This document shows positions 9,866 to 19,475 of a DNA stretch of 32,000 nucleotides, piece after piece. The translations under genes and the position numbers were made by a program. The stretch comes from a cyanobacterium endosymbiont of Braarudosphaera bigelowii. GTDB lineage: Bacteria > Cyanobacteriota > Cyanobacteriia > Cyanobacteriales > Microcystaceae. The stretch is taken from the NCBI RefSeq assembly GCF_020885515.1, contig NZ_AP024987.1:180001-212000 (forward strand), written 5' to 3'. Positions within the stretch are counted from its first letter, which is position 1. Every line of letters begins with the position of its first letter. The notes under the pieces are model-generated. The model ran no database searches and had not been told where the DNA came from. It saw only the letters and a program-made list of their open reading frames with translations.

Positions 9866-10726
9866 TTATGTAGTATACTTTCGTGGATTAAATTCTTCTT
9901 TAGAACGAATTTGTTTGTATAAAAATAATTCTTCTTCACTAATCTCTGAAGGAATAGCTATATGCATTTCCAACAATTGGTCACCCCGTTGCCCCAATTC
10001 ATCAAAATATCCTTTATTAGCTAGACGAAGCTTCTGTCCAACTTGAATGCTTTTAGGAGTTGTTATTTTAACCATTCCATCAATTGTAGGAACAGTAATT
10101 TCCTCTCCTAATATCGCTTCACTGGGAGTTAATAAAATCTTGCAAATAATATCTGCATTTTTTAGTTTAAAAAATATATGAGGTGTTATTAGTATTTCAA
10201 GATATAAATCTCCTCCACTAAGTCCCTGATTTTTAAGTCTAATTTTTTGACCATTGACCATTTTAGATGGCATATCGACCTCTAAAGATCTACCATCTTC
10301 TAGGCGTATCCTCTCTCTGCCTCCATGATAAGCTTTTTCCAGAGGAATATTTAACTTAGCTTCAACATCCTGTGCATCATAAGAAGAACTAACAAATTTT
10401 GTTCCCTTATTAGTATCAGAATTAAAATTTATATCTTTAAATTTTGAAGATTTGTTCTTTTTCTTATTGCTATGAGAATTAGCTATAAAAGAGTCATATC
10501 TCTTTTTACTAAACTTTAAACGATTATAATCTGCTCTTTTAGTCTCATCTGATAAAACATTATAGGCTTCGTTGATACTTTTAAATCTTTCTTCCGATAC
10601 TTTATCTCCCGGATTGACGTCAGGATGATACTTCCGAGCAAGTTTACGGAAAGATGCTTTAATTTCTTCTGCAGTAGCATTTTTAGCAACTTCTAAAGTC
10701 GCATAATAGTTATGAATTTGTTGCAT
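9866..10726 (-). CDS. dnaJ: DnaJ/CbpA-type co-chaperone lacking the zinc finger
   Basis: 286-aa ORF; J domain NYYATLEVAKNATAEEIKASFRKLARKYHPDVNPGD plus C-terminal substrate-binding domains; no CxxCxGxG repeats; directly downstream of dnaK. Confidence 0.9.
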   Translation of the reverse strand: MQQIHNYYATLEVAKNATAEEIKASFRKLARKYHPDVNPGDKVSEERFKSINEAYNVLSDETKRADYNRLKFSKKRYDSFIANSHSNKKKNKSSKFKDINFNSDTNKGTKFVSSSYDAQDVEAKLNIPLEKAYHGGRERIRLEDGRSLEVDMPSKMVNGQKIRLKNQGLSGGDLYLEILITPHIFFKLKNADIICKILLTPSEAILGEEITVPTIDGMVKITTPKSIQVGQKLRLANKGYFDELGQRGDQLLEMHIAIPSEISEEELFLYKQIRSKEEFNPRKYTT

Positions 10727-10787
10727 ATATCCAATATTAAAAAGAAATTTAGAATAATTAAAATTGAAATTGAATTATATTTAAAAA

Positions 10788-12917
10788 TTAGAACCAGTCA
10801 TCATCCTCTTCATCCCATTGATTTTCGTTTGGCGTTTGGTGCAAACGATTACGACTCTGGTAAGAGTTATATTGATCTTGAGAATATTTTGTATTTTCTT
10901 GAAAAATAGGACGATTATTTCTATTTTGTTTGAAAGTATCATATTGGTCGTTGTAACGTTCATATCTAGGAGATTCATAATCTTTACGTTTGTGGTAATA
11001 AGTAGAGTTATAATCAGAATCATAAGACGTGTATGAATCGGTATCAGAATCATTTGTAAAGGTTCGTTTAATAGATTCTAAGATACCTTCATCTTCTTCC
11101 TCATATTGTAAGCGTACTTCTCTATTCAATTCACGTAATAAATCTTCTAGATCGTCTTTTGCTTTATCCAAAGATCTTTCATCATCGTTATTTAAACTTT
11201 CAATAATCTCACTATTCAAAACTTCAATTTGACGACGATAGCTGCTAGCAAATTGAGCTCCAAAATCAAGAGTAATATCTTTTATCCTTCTTAAAGCTTG
11301 ATCTGTTAAAGCTTTAGCGTTATTACGTTTTTCTATTCTTTCTCGCCGTTGTCGATCTTTTTCGGCAAATTGAGTAGCTTCTTCAACCATTCGATCAATT
11401 TCTTTTTCACTAATAGTCGAGGTTCCTTGAATAAGGACACTCTGTTCCCTGCCCGTTGCTTTATCTCTTGCAGTAACTTGTAATATTCCATTAGCGTCAA
11501 TATCAAAGGCAACTTGTACCTGAGGAATTCCTCTCGGAGCAGGAGAGATTCCTGTAAGTTTAAAACGTCCTAAAGATTTATTGTCAATAGTCATTTCACG
11601 TTCTCCCTGGACGACATGAATTTCTACTATGGTTTGATTATTTTCTCCCGTTGAGAAAATATCGGAACGACGCACTGGAATAGTTGTATTACGAGGTATA
11701 AGTTTTTTAGTAACACCTCCTATCGTTTCTAGGCCCAAAGAAAGAGGTGTTACATCTAGTAATAGTATTTCCTTAACTTCACCAGCTAAGATACCTGACT
11801 GAATAGCAGCACCAACTGCTACAACTTCATCAGGATTAACATTTTCATTTGGTTCTTTATCAATAAAGCCACGTACCAAAGACTTAATCATTGGCATCCT
11901 AGTTCCTCCTCCCACTAGTACTACTTCGTCAATTTGAACAGGGGTTAATCTTGCATCATTCATAACTCTTTTAAGAGGGCGCTGTAAACGAGTCACCAAA
12001 TCAGAGCAGAGGTCTTCAAATTGAGGACGTGTTAAACGTTTTTCTATATGCTGTGGGCCATTCTCTGTTGCAGTAATGAAAGGAAGATTTATGTCAGTGA
12101 TACTTACTCCAGAAAGTTCGATTTTTGCTTTTTCTGCCGCTTCAGTAAGACGTTGTAAGGCTTGCCTATCTTTTCTTAAATCTATACCTTCATCTCTTAA
12201 AAATTGCTCGGCTAGCCAATCAACAATACGTTTGTCAAAATCGCTCCCTCCTAGCTGAGTATCACCACTAGTAGACTTAACTTCAAATACTCCATCTCCA
12301 ACTTCTAAAACAGAAACATCAAAAGTACCGCCTCCTAGATCAAAAACTAGGATTTTTTGAGATATTGTTTGATCTAATCCATAAGCTAAAGATGCCGCAG
12401 TTGGTTCATTTATTATTCTCAGCACCTCTAATCCTGCAATTTTTCCTGCATCTCTAGTGGCTTGTCTTTGAGAATCATTGAAATATGCAGGAACTGTAAT
12501 TACTGCACTTGTAACAGGTTCTCCTAAATAACGTTCTGCTTCTTCAGCTAATTTTCTTAAAATAAACCCTGATATTTCTTCAGGAGCAAAATCTTTGTTT
12601 AGACGAGGACATGCCAATTTGATATTACCATTTGCATCTCGACGGATAGTATAAGGAACTTGTTTTGACTCATTAGTGAGTTCATTATACTTACGCCCTA
12701 TAAATCGTTTAACACTATGATATGTATTTTGAGGATTAAGAACAGCTTGCCGTCGTGCCATTTGTCCTATAACTAATTCTCCATCCTTGCTAAAGCCTAC
12801 CATAGAAGGGGTAGTACGCATTCCTTCGGAATTGGCGATAACTACTGGCTTGCCGCCTTCCATGACTGCGACTACAGAATTTGTTGTCCCCAGATCAATG
12901 CTAACTACTTTACCCAT
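10788..12917 (-). CDS. dnaK: Hsp70 chaperone DnaK (DnaK3-like, long charged/Tyr-Asn-rich C-terminal tail)
   Basis: ORF runs 10788..12935; preferred start is [18 protein letters not shown] at 12917. Classic Hsp70 motifs [36 protein letters not shown]; C-terminus ends [13 protein letters not shown]. Confidence 0.93.
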   Translation of the reverse strand: MGKVVSIDLGTTNSVVAVMEGGKPVVIANSEGMRTTPSMVGFSKDGELVIGQMARRQAVLNPQNTYHSVKRFIGRKYNELTNESKQVPYTIRRDANGNIKLACPRLNKDFAPEEISGFILRKLAEEAERYLGEPVTSAVITVPAYFNDSQRQATRDAGKIAGLEVLRIINEPTAASLAYGLDQTISQKILVFDLGGGTFDVSVLEVGDGVFEVKSTSGDTQLGGSDFDKRIVDWLAEQFLRDEGIDLRKDRQALQRLTEAAEKAKIELSGVSITDINLPFITATENGPQHIEKRLTRPQFEDLCSDLVTRLQRPLKRVMNDARLTPVQIDEVVLVGGGTRMPMIKSLVRGFIDKEPNENVNPDEVVAVGAAIQSGILAGEVKEILLLDVTPLSLGLETIGGVTKKLIPRNTTIPVRRSDIFSTGENNQTIVEIHVVQGEREMTIDNKSLGRFKLTGISPAPRGIPQVQVAFDIDANGILQVTARDKATGREQSVLIQGTSTISEKEIDRMVEEATQFAEKDRQRRERIEKRNNAKALTDQALRRIKDITLDFGAQFASSYRRQIEVLNSEIIESLNNDDERSLDKAKDDLEDLLRELNREVRLQYEEEDEGILESIKRTFTNDSDTDSYTSYDSDYNSTYYHKRKDYESPRYERYNDQYDTFKQNRNNRPIFQENTKYSQDQYNSYQSRNRLHQTPNENQWDEEDDDWF

Positions 12918-13364
12918 GTATCTTTTTTTCTCCAACTACTCCGTTTTAAATATGAGTGTTATTTATGCGAAAACTTAATTTTAATATATATTTTGTTAAC
13001 GATAATGATATTGTATCTAATTATGTAAAGTTATTATAATCAAATATGTTAAAGATAAATACTATAATAGTAAATTGAATAATTAACTCATAAATATTTT
13101 TCCTAACTTAGAACTTATAATTTTAAGTAATAAATAATTAAGTATATGTATGCATATACTTAATTATTTATTCCTAATTCAAATATGTATTTATATTGAT
13201 ATTTAAATTATTAAGAACAAAAAATATTTATATTTCACTAATTTTTTAGGTTATTTTCCCAGCTTTAATCAAGATGAAATTTTACTTATAACAATAAATA
13301 TATAAAATCAAATCTTTTCTCACAAAATATGATATTCAAGCATCATTAAGATTAAAATTTAAAA

Positions 13365-13402
13365 ACGTAGTAATAGAAAGTACTACAAATCTATTACTAC
13401 GT
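13365..13402 (-). terminator. candidate intrinsic terminator downstream of the NifU-like gene
   Basis: ACGTAGTAATAG (13365-13376) and CTATTACTACGT (13391-13402) are exact reverse complements; on the - strand the stem is followed by TTTTTAAATTTTAA. Confidence 0.7.
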
Positions 13403-13460
13403 CCATTAGTAAAAGAAAAAATACTTAATGATACATAGCTTTTTTCTAAATCTTTAAATT

Positions 13461-13703
13461 TTAAAATGCTTGTTCGACTTCTGAGACTTCGGGAATCATT
13501 TCTTTTAAACGTCTTTCAATTCCCATCTTAAGTGTCATGGTAGAACTAGGGCAAGACCCACATGCTCCTTGCAAACGTAACTTTACAATTGCCCCATCTA
13601 TTTCAACAAGCTCTACATTACCTCCATCTGCTATTAAATATGGACGTAACTCGTCTAAAACTTGTTCGACATTAGTTGGTGTTAAAGCCATTACTTCCGA
13701 CAT
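13461..13703 (-). CDS. NifU-like C-terminal domain (Nfu) Fe-S scaffold protein
   Basis: 80-aa ORF; [50 protein letters not shown] with CxxC. Confidence 0.93.
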   Translation of the reverse strand: MSEVMALTPTNVEQVLDELRPYLIADGGNVELVEIDGAIVKLRLQGACGSCPSSTMTLKMGIERRLKEMIPEVSEVEQAF

Positions 13704-14093
13704 ATTTACCTCGATTATGTTGAATTAAAATTAGGGAAATTAAGAAATTTATTTTCTTTTACCCAATGAATCAAAACTATAGAAAACTTCTACTTACTAA
13801 CAATGCTAGTTTAACTCATGATTATAAAAACTGTATTTTAAGTTAAGATTCTATCCTGAATATTAATACAAACATATTAAACATGCCCAGAATGAGAATA
13901 TTTACTAAGGAATTTAATAAATACAAAAAATAGATCTCACAATATATTTAATAAAATCTAGCTATACTTGTTAAGTAATTAAATATTATAACCAAAATTT
14001 TTTTAGATTCTTCACTAGTATTATAAATTTATTTATTTTGAATAAAAAATTTGATAACTATAGTTTAAATGATATTTGCTTTAGTTCTATTGA

Positions 14094-14131
14094 GTAGTTG
14101 ATACAAATATTAATTAACATATGTCAACTAC
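14094..14131. repeat. inverted repeat just downstream of lysS (8 bp plus wobble)
   Basis: GTAGTTGA (14094-14101) and TCAACTAC (14124-14131) are reverse complements, extendable by a T-G and an A-T pair. Confidence 0.5.
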
Positions 14132-14143
14132 CTAAATTATTAT

Positions 14144-15694
14144 CTAACTTTCTAAGGCTTGATTTTTTAGTAATGGAAAAGCAATTACATCCCTTATACT
14201 TGGAGAGTTTGTCAATAACATTACAAGGCGATCAATGCCAATTCCTAATCCTCCGGTAGGGGGCATTCCATACTCTAAAGCTGTTAAAAAATCTTCATCT
14301 ACATTATGAGCTTCTAAATCTCCTGATGCTTTCTTTAAAGCTTGCTTTTCTAGTCTCTGTCGTTGATCAATGGGATCAGTTAATTCAGAAAAACTGTTTG
14401 CTAATTCTCGCCCCATAATATAAAGTTCAAACCGTTCAACTACATTTTCTTGAGTACGATGAGGCTTTGCTAATGGAGAAATTTCAACAGGGAAATCTAA
14501 AATAAATGTAGGTTGAATTAGTGTCTCTTCTACAGTTTGTTCAAAAACTTCGCTGAGTAGATTTCCTAAGGTCTGACACGTTTTTGGAATTTGTACTCCT
14601 ATTTTACTAACTGCTATTTTAGCCTCTTCAAAGTCTTTGAAACTATTGAAATCTAAATTATTTTTCTCTTTAACTATTTCATGCATAGTAATTCTACGCC
14701 AAGGCAATGAAAAATTAATTTCTTGTTCTTGACATTTAACGATCATATCTTTACCGATATCATGAATAATAGTGGTAATGAGTTTTTCTGTTAATTCCAT
14801 CATGTCGTAATAATCTGAATATGCTTCATAAACTTCAATAGAAGTAAATTCTGGATTATGTTTAGTTGAGATTCCTTCGTTACGAAAGATTCTACCTATC
14901 TCAAATACTTTTTCAAATCCACCTACTATTAATCTTTTCAGATGTAATTCTGTCGCAATTCTCAAATACAGATCCATATCTAATGTGTTGTGATATGTTA
15001 TAAAAGGCCTAGCATCTGCTCCACCAGCTTCAGATTGTAAAACAGGCGTTTCTATTTCGATAAAGCCTTTTTCTTCTAAAAATCTGCGAATAGAAGATAT
15101 TATCCTTGAACGACAACGAAAAGTTTCTCTTGTACTAGGGCTAACTATTAGATCAATATATCTTTGACGGTAACGTTTTTCTTTATCAGTTAAACCATGC
15201 CATTTATCAGGAAGTGGCAGCAAAGACTTGGTTAAAATTTCATATGTTTTTACTTTAATAGAAAGTTCACCTTTTTCTGTCTTTTTTATGGTTCCTTTAA
15301 CACCAATAATATCGCCAGTATCTATCAATTTTTTAAGATGATTAAAAGGATTCTCTATATTGTTCATATTGTCTTGAATAATTTTTTTATCAAGATATAG
15401 TTGAATAGTCCCTGTCTCATCTTGCAACGTAAAAAAAGCAAGCTTTCCAAAAATTCTACGAGCCATAATTCTTCCAGCAAGAGAGACTTCTATTTCAATT
15501 TCTTTCCCTTCTTCCAAATCAGAATAAGCTTTTTGTAGGTAGGCAGCATTATGAGTAGATTTCCACTGATAAGCATAAGGGATTAAACCTAATTTCTTGA
15601 GCTCCTCTACTTTCGCAAGGCGTGTAGCACGAATTTCTTGTAAACTAGAAGTAGACTGAGCTTCTTGCTGCGATAAATTAAAAGACATTTGCAA
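14144..15694 (-). CDS. lysS: lysyl-tRNA synthetase, class II
   Basis: 516-aa ORF; [90 protein letters not shown]. Confidence 0.97.
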   Translation of the reverse strand: MQMSFNLSQQEAQSTSSLQEIRATRLAKVEELKKLGLIPYAYQWKSTHNAAYLQKAYSDLEEGKEIEIEVSLAGRIMARRIFGKLAFFTLQDETGTIQLYLDKKIIQDNMNNIENPFNHLKKLIDTGDIIGVKGTIKKTEKGELSIKVKTYEILTKSLLPLPDKWHGLTDKEKRYRQRYIDLIVSPSTRETFRCRSRIISSIRRFLEEKGFIEIETPVLQSEAGGADARPFITYHNTLDMDLYLRIATELHLKRLIVGGFEKVFEIGRIFRNEGISTKHNPEFTSIEVYEAYSDYYDMMELTEKLITTIIHDIGKDMIVKCQEQEINFSLPWRRITMHEIVKEKNNLDFNSFKDFEEAKIAVSKIGVQIPKTCQTLGNLLSEVFEQTVEETLIQPTFILDFPVEISPLAKPHRTQENVVERFELYIMGRELANSFSELTDPIDQRQRLEKQALKKASGDLEAHNVDEDFLTALEYGMPPTGGLGIGIDRLVMLLTNSPSIRDVIAFPLLKNQALES

Positions 15695-16136
15695 TATAGA
15701 TTATATGGTATTTGAAAATTAAATAAGGTCTGAGCTTATTAATCGAGATATTATTATAGCGTTACAAATATTTCATTAATTACACATTACGATATTTTTA
15801 TATCTATTCTTCATAATATATTCCAAACTTAGCAAGTATTATGTTTCTTTTTCAATAGAATATGGAATCCTATAGTAATGAAAATATAATAGCAAAGTGT
15901 TCAGATGAGCAAAAATACTCATGTTATATTTGTTTAAGTATTCTTAGCAATTTTAATATTTCAACTTTAAGAATATTAAAAAAGTTTATATATTCTATTA
16001 AAACTTAATTTAATTTACAGTACACAATAGATTCTCACTTTATGATGCTAAGTAAATTAAGTTTTAATTACTAAATAATAGCATCTTCTATATTTATGTT
16101 AAGGTATGAGCGATTCAGTCCTATCAAAAATTTTTA

Positions 16137-17507
16137 TTGCTAATGACAATTGCAAGGACGATTTGCCTAGGTTTTCTCGCAGTAATCTTAGTCGGTACAT
16201 TATTGTTAATGCTACCCTTTGCTACTAGCGATGGAAGTTGGAGTAATCCTTTAGTCGCTTTATTTACATCTACCTCCGCCGTATGTGTAACAGGATTAGT
16301 TGTTGTTGATACAGGAAGTTATTTCTCTTTTTGGGGTCAGCTGGTTATTCTACTATTAATTCAAGTAGGAGGGCTGGGATATATGACAACAACAACTTTT
16401 CTAATACTTATATTAGGTAGAAAATTTGATCTTAGACAAAAATTAGCAATTAAAGAACCATTTGATAGTTCGCACTTATACGGTAGTAGCCAAAATATAA
16501 TTATTTCAATTATTGCGACGACTATGATTTTCGAGATTCTCGGCATTTTATTAATGCTCAATGTGTTTTCGGACAAATATGGTACTTTTCAAGGTTTATG
16601 GATAGCGACCTTCCATAGCATTAGTGCTTGGAATAATGCAGGATTTAGCCTGTTCCCAGATAGTTTGATTAGTGTTGGTGATTCTTTTATAATCAATTTT
16701 GTAATTTCTGTATTGATTATATTTGGAGGTATTGGTTACCAAGTTATTATTGAAATGTATATAGCCATTAGGCATAAGCTAAAAAATAAACAAGAAAGGT
16801 TAGGATTCTCTCTCAATTTTAAAGTTGCAATTAGTACAACTGTTACTTTACTGATCGCTGGTACCATTATATTTCTCATCACTGAATATAATAACCAAGC
16901 CACTTTAGGACTACTGAATTTTCATAACAAATTATTAACAGCTTGGTTTCAGTCTGTTACAACAAGAACAGCTGGATTTAACAGTATCGATATTAGAAAT
17001 ATGACTTTTGCTGGTTTATTCTTAACTATGGGGCTTATGTTTGTAGGAGCAAGCTCTAACGGAACAGGAGGAGGTATTAAAACTACAACACTTTGTATCT
17101 TAACCAATTGTACACGCTCTGTTTTAAAGGGAAATCATGAAGTAGTAATGTTTCGTAGAGAAGTTCCTGTTTCTTTAACTTTAAAAGCAGTTGCTGTTGT
17201 ATTTGGTTCAACAAATATGGTTGTTTTAATGACATTGTTAATTTCGTTATCTGAAGCCAGCTTAAATCCTACTTTTTTTGATTCTGGAATCAGTTCATTA
17301 CAAGTTTTGTTTGAGGTAATCTCTGCATTTGCAACTGTAGGCCTGTCTACAGGAATTACAGCTGATTTATCTTTTTTATCACAACTTTTACTAATTCTAA
17401 CAATGTATGTTGGGAGAGTAGGGATACTAGTTTTTATAGCAGCTATTTCCAAAGAATCTCGACCACGGTTAATACAATATCCTGAAGAAACTTTATTGGT
17501 TGGATAA
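16137..17507 (+). CDS. TrkH/KtrB family potassium uptake membrane subunit
   Basis: 456-aa hydrophobic ORF; repeated pore signatures LFTSTSAVCVTGLVVVDTG, FHSISAWNNAGFSLF, VTTRTAGFNSIDI, FEVISAFATVGLSTG. Confidence 0.93.
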   Translation: MLMTIARTICLGFLAVILVGTLLLMLPFATSDGSWSNPLVALFTSTSAVCVTGLVVVDTGSYFSFWGQLVILLLIQVGGLGYMTTTTFLILILGRKFDLRQKLAIKEPFDSSHLYGSSQNIIISIIATTMIFEILGILLMLNVFSDKYGTFQGLWIATFHSISAWNNAGFSLFPDSLISVGDSFIINFVISVLIIFGGIGYQVIIEMYIAIRHKLKNKQERLGFSLNFKVAISTTVTLLIAGTIIFLITEYNNQATLGLLNFHNKLLTAWFQSVTTRTAGFNSIDIRNMTFAGLFLTMGLMFVGASSNGTGGGIKTTTLCILTNCTRSVLKGNHEVVMFRREVPVSLTLKAVAVVFGSTNMVVLMTLLISLSEASLNPTFFDSGISSLQVLFEVISAFATVGLSTGITADLSFLSQLLLILTMYVGRVGILVFIAAISKESRPRLIQYPEETLLVG

Positions 17508-17564
17508 CTTGCAAATTTGATATTATTATAGTTAGCAATTTCTAAACAAGGGTGAGGTATTAAT

Positions 17565-18257
17565 TTGAAGTCCTTAAATTTTTTAAGTATTCTTCGTAGA
17601 GAAACCCGTCAATTTGCAGTGATTGGACTAGGGCGTTTTGGACGTTCGGTATGCAGAAACCTTCATAAACTAGGCTATGAAGTATTGGGAACAGACATAA
17701 AGGAATCTCTAGTGTCTCAAGTTTTAGCTGAAAACATTGCTTCAAGTGCTATTAAATTAGATTCAACTAAGCCTAATGCTTTAAAAGAAGCAGGTATTTT
17801 TGAATTTGATACTGTTATCATAGCCATTGGAAATTATCTAGAAGAAAGTATTGTTACTGCTTTAAATGTTAAAGAAGGAGGTGTAAAATATGTAATTGCC
17901 AAAGCTTCTTCTGATGTTCATGGAAAACTTTTACAAAAAGTTGGAGCTGATTTAGTTGTATACCCTGAATATCAAGCTGGGTGTGATTTAGTTCATTTAC
18001 TTACACAAAATCCTAGAATTATAGAAAGATTTGAATTGGATCCTGACCATAGTATTGTAGAGACTCGCATTCCTCAAGAATTTCATGGAATAGCCATTGA
18101 GGAATTAAAGCTTAGAAGTCGATATGATATAAGTGTATTAGCAGTCGGTAATGATGATAAATTCAAAATTAATCCTTCACCTCAAGAGAAATTAAATAAG
18201 AATTTATCAATGGTTGTTATTGGTTCTAACAAGGCAATTCAGAAACTACCTTTATAA
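17565..18257 (+). CDS. TrkA/KtrA family NAD-binding potassium channel regulator
   Basis: 230-aa ORF; FAVIGLGRFGRSVCRNLHKLGYEVLGTD Rossmann RCK-N domain, RCK-C-like C-terminus; 57 nt after the KtrB-like gene. Confidence 0.93.
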   Translation: MKSLNFLSILRRETRQFAVIGLGRFGRSVCRNLHKLGYEVLGTDIKESLVSQVLAENIASSAIKLDSTKPNALKEAGIFEFDTVIIAIGNYLEESIVTALNVKEGGVKYVIAKASSDVHGKLLQKVGADLVVYPEYQAGCDLVHLLTQNPRIIERFELDPDHSIVETRIPQEFHGIAIEELKLRSRYDISVLAVGNDDKFKINPSPQEKLNKNLSMVVIGSNKAIQKLPL

Positions 18258-18812
18258 TTAGATATCAGTAAAAATATTATTATTTTTAACTGATGTAGAA
18301 TTTAAAAGGAATAGAGATGCACGGGCCATTACTTCTTCAGATAAATTAATTTTAGTTAAATTTATTAAACCTTCTTCAATAAACATATTTCTAATCGAAG
18401 TTTTACCACCTTTGTTAAATTCTGTCTCATAGAAAACTTCTTTGATGCCAGCAGAAATTATTAGCTTCAAGCAAGACATACAAGGTTCTAAAGTTACATA
18501 AATAATAGATTCATTGGTAGAAATACTATGCTTTGCTGCTTGTGCAATTGCATTTGCTTCTGCATGTACAGCTCTTGAAGGTAATTTACTAGAAGAAATA
18601 CAGCTATTAAGTCCTGGATAGCAAAAACCATGAGTTATACAGTGAGTAGATTTGGCAGGAGGACCATTGTAGCCAGTTGATAAGACTTGCTTGTTTTTTA
18701 CAATCACAGCACCTACTGGAAAAGCCAAACAAGTAGATCTTGTGGCAGCTAATTTAGCCATCATCATAAAATATTCGTTCCAAGTAGGTCTTTTCCCTTT
18801 TAGATACGTCAT
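18258..18812 (-). CDS. dCMP deaminase / ComEB-like zinc deaminase
   Basis: 184-aa ORF; HAEANAIAQAAK and TLEPCMSCLK zinc motifs, CLAFPVGAVIVKNKQVLSTGYNGPP. Confidence 0.92.
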   Translation of the reverse strand: MTYLKGKRPTWNEYFMMMAKLAATRSTCLAFPVGAVIVKNKQVLSTGYNGPPAKSTHCITHGFCYPGLNSCISSSKLPSRAVHAEANAIAQAAKHSISTNESIIYVTLEPCMSCLKLIISAGIKEVFYETEFNKGGKTSIRNMFIEEGLINLTKINLSEEVMARASLFLLNSTSVKNNNIFTDI

Positions 18813-18845
18813 AAAAAATAGTTATATAAAATTATTTAGAAAATA

Positions 18846-19277
18846 TTAAATCCCTGTCGAGCCAAATCCGTTAATACCTCTTATTGAAGAATTTAAGGAA
18901 TTTGTTTCTTCAATTTCAACACGTATGATAGGAACAATAACCATTTGTGCGATTCTCATACCTGGTAAAACTTTGAATGATAATAAGCTATGGTTAATTA
19001 AGATTACTCCAATTTCTCCACGATATCCTTCATCAATAGTTCCAGGAGTGTTTAAAACAGTGATTTGATGTTTTAAAGCTAAGCCACTTCTTGGACGAAT
19101 TTGTGCTTCTGTATTAGGAGGTAGTTCAACGGAAATACCAGTTTTGATTAATTTACTTTTACCGGGTTTGATTTCTATTTCTTCTGTAGATATTAAATCC
19201 ATCCCTGAATCTCTACAATGTTCATATTTAGGAATAATTGCAGAATCTTTTAATTTTACTATTTTTAACTTATTCAT
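18846..19277 (-). CDS. dut: deoxyuridine 5'-triphosphate nucleotidohydrolase (dUTPase)
   Basis: 143-aa ORF; [36 protein letters not shown] and C-terminal NGFGSTG. Confidence 0.95.
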   Translation of the reverse strand: MNKLKIVKLKDSAIIPKYEHCRDSGMDLISTEEIEIKPGKSKLIKTGISVELPPNTEAQIRPRSGLALKHQITVLNTPGTIDEGYRGEIGVILINHSLLSFKVLPGMRIAQMVIVPIIRVEIEETNSLNSSIRGINGFGSTGI

Positions 19278-19475
19278 ACGGGTATTTATTTATATAAAGA
19301 AAGCAAGCTAATTTAAAATTTTACCGAAAATAATTCTTAAAAGTCAGTATTTACTAAAATTTTATGTTGAAGAAAGAACTATATCTTATCCATAAAAGTT
19401 CAATTATCTTAATAAAATTATATTCTGACATCAACAAGATAAATACTTAAATAATAATTTAAACGATTCATCAGG

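Noticed and set aside
9861-10046. Plus-strand 61-aa ORF over the dnaJ 3' end
   Set aside because: Antisense shadow ORF.
10781-11053. 90-aa ORF overlapping the dnaK 3' end (and 10712..10909, 10818..11036, 11029..11232)
   Set aside because: Alternate-frame or antisense reading of the low-complexity tail-coding region of dnaK; the in-frame product has clear Hsp70 homology.
12076-12978. Plus-strand ORFs 12076..12258 and 12787..12978
   Set aside because: Antisense to highly conserved dnaK coding sequence; no recognisable product.
13537-13728. 63-aa plus-strand ORF opposite the Nfu gene
   Set aside because: Antisense to a conserved CxxC protein; composition is a mirror of it.
16361-17745. Minus-strand ORFs 16361..16576, 17135..17452 and 17560..17745
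   Set aside because: Antisense to the KtrB/KtrA-like genes; likely spurious.
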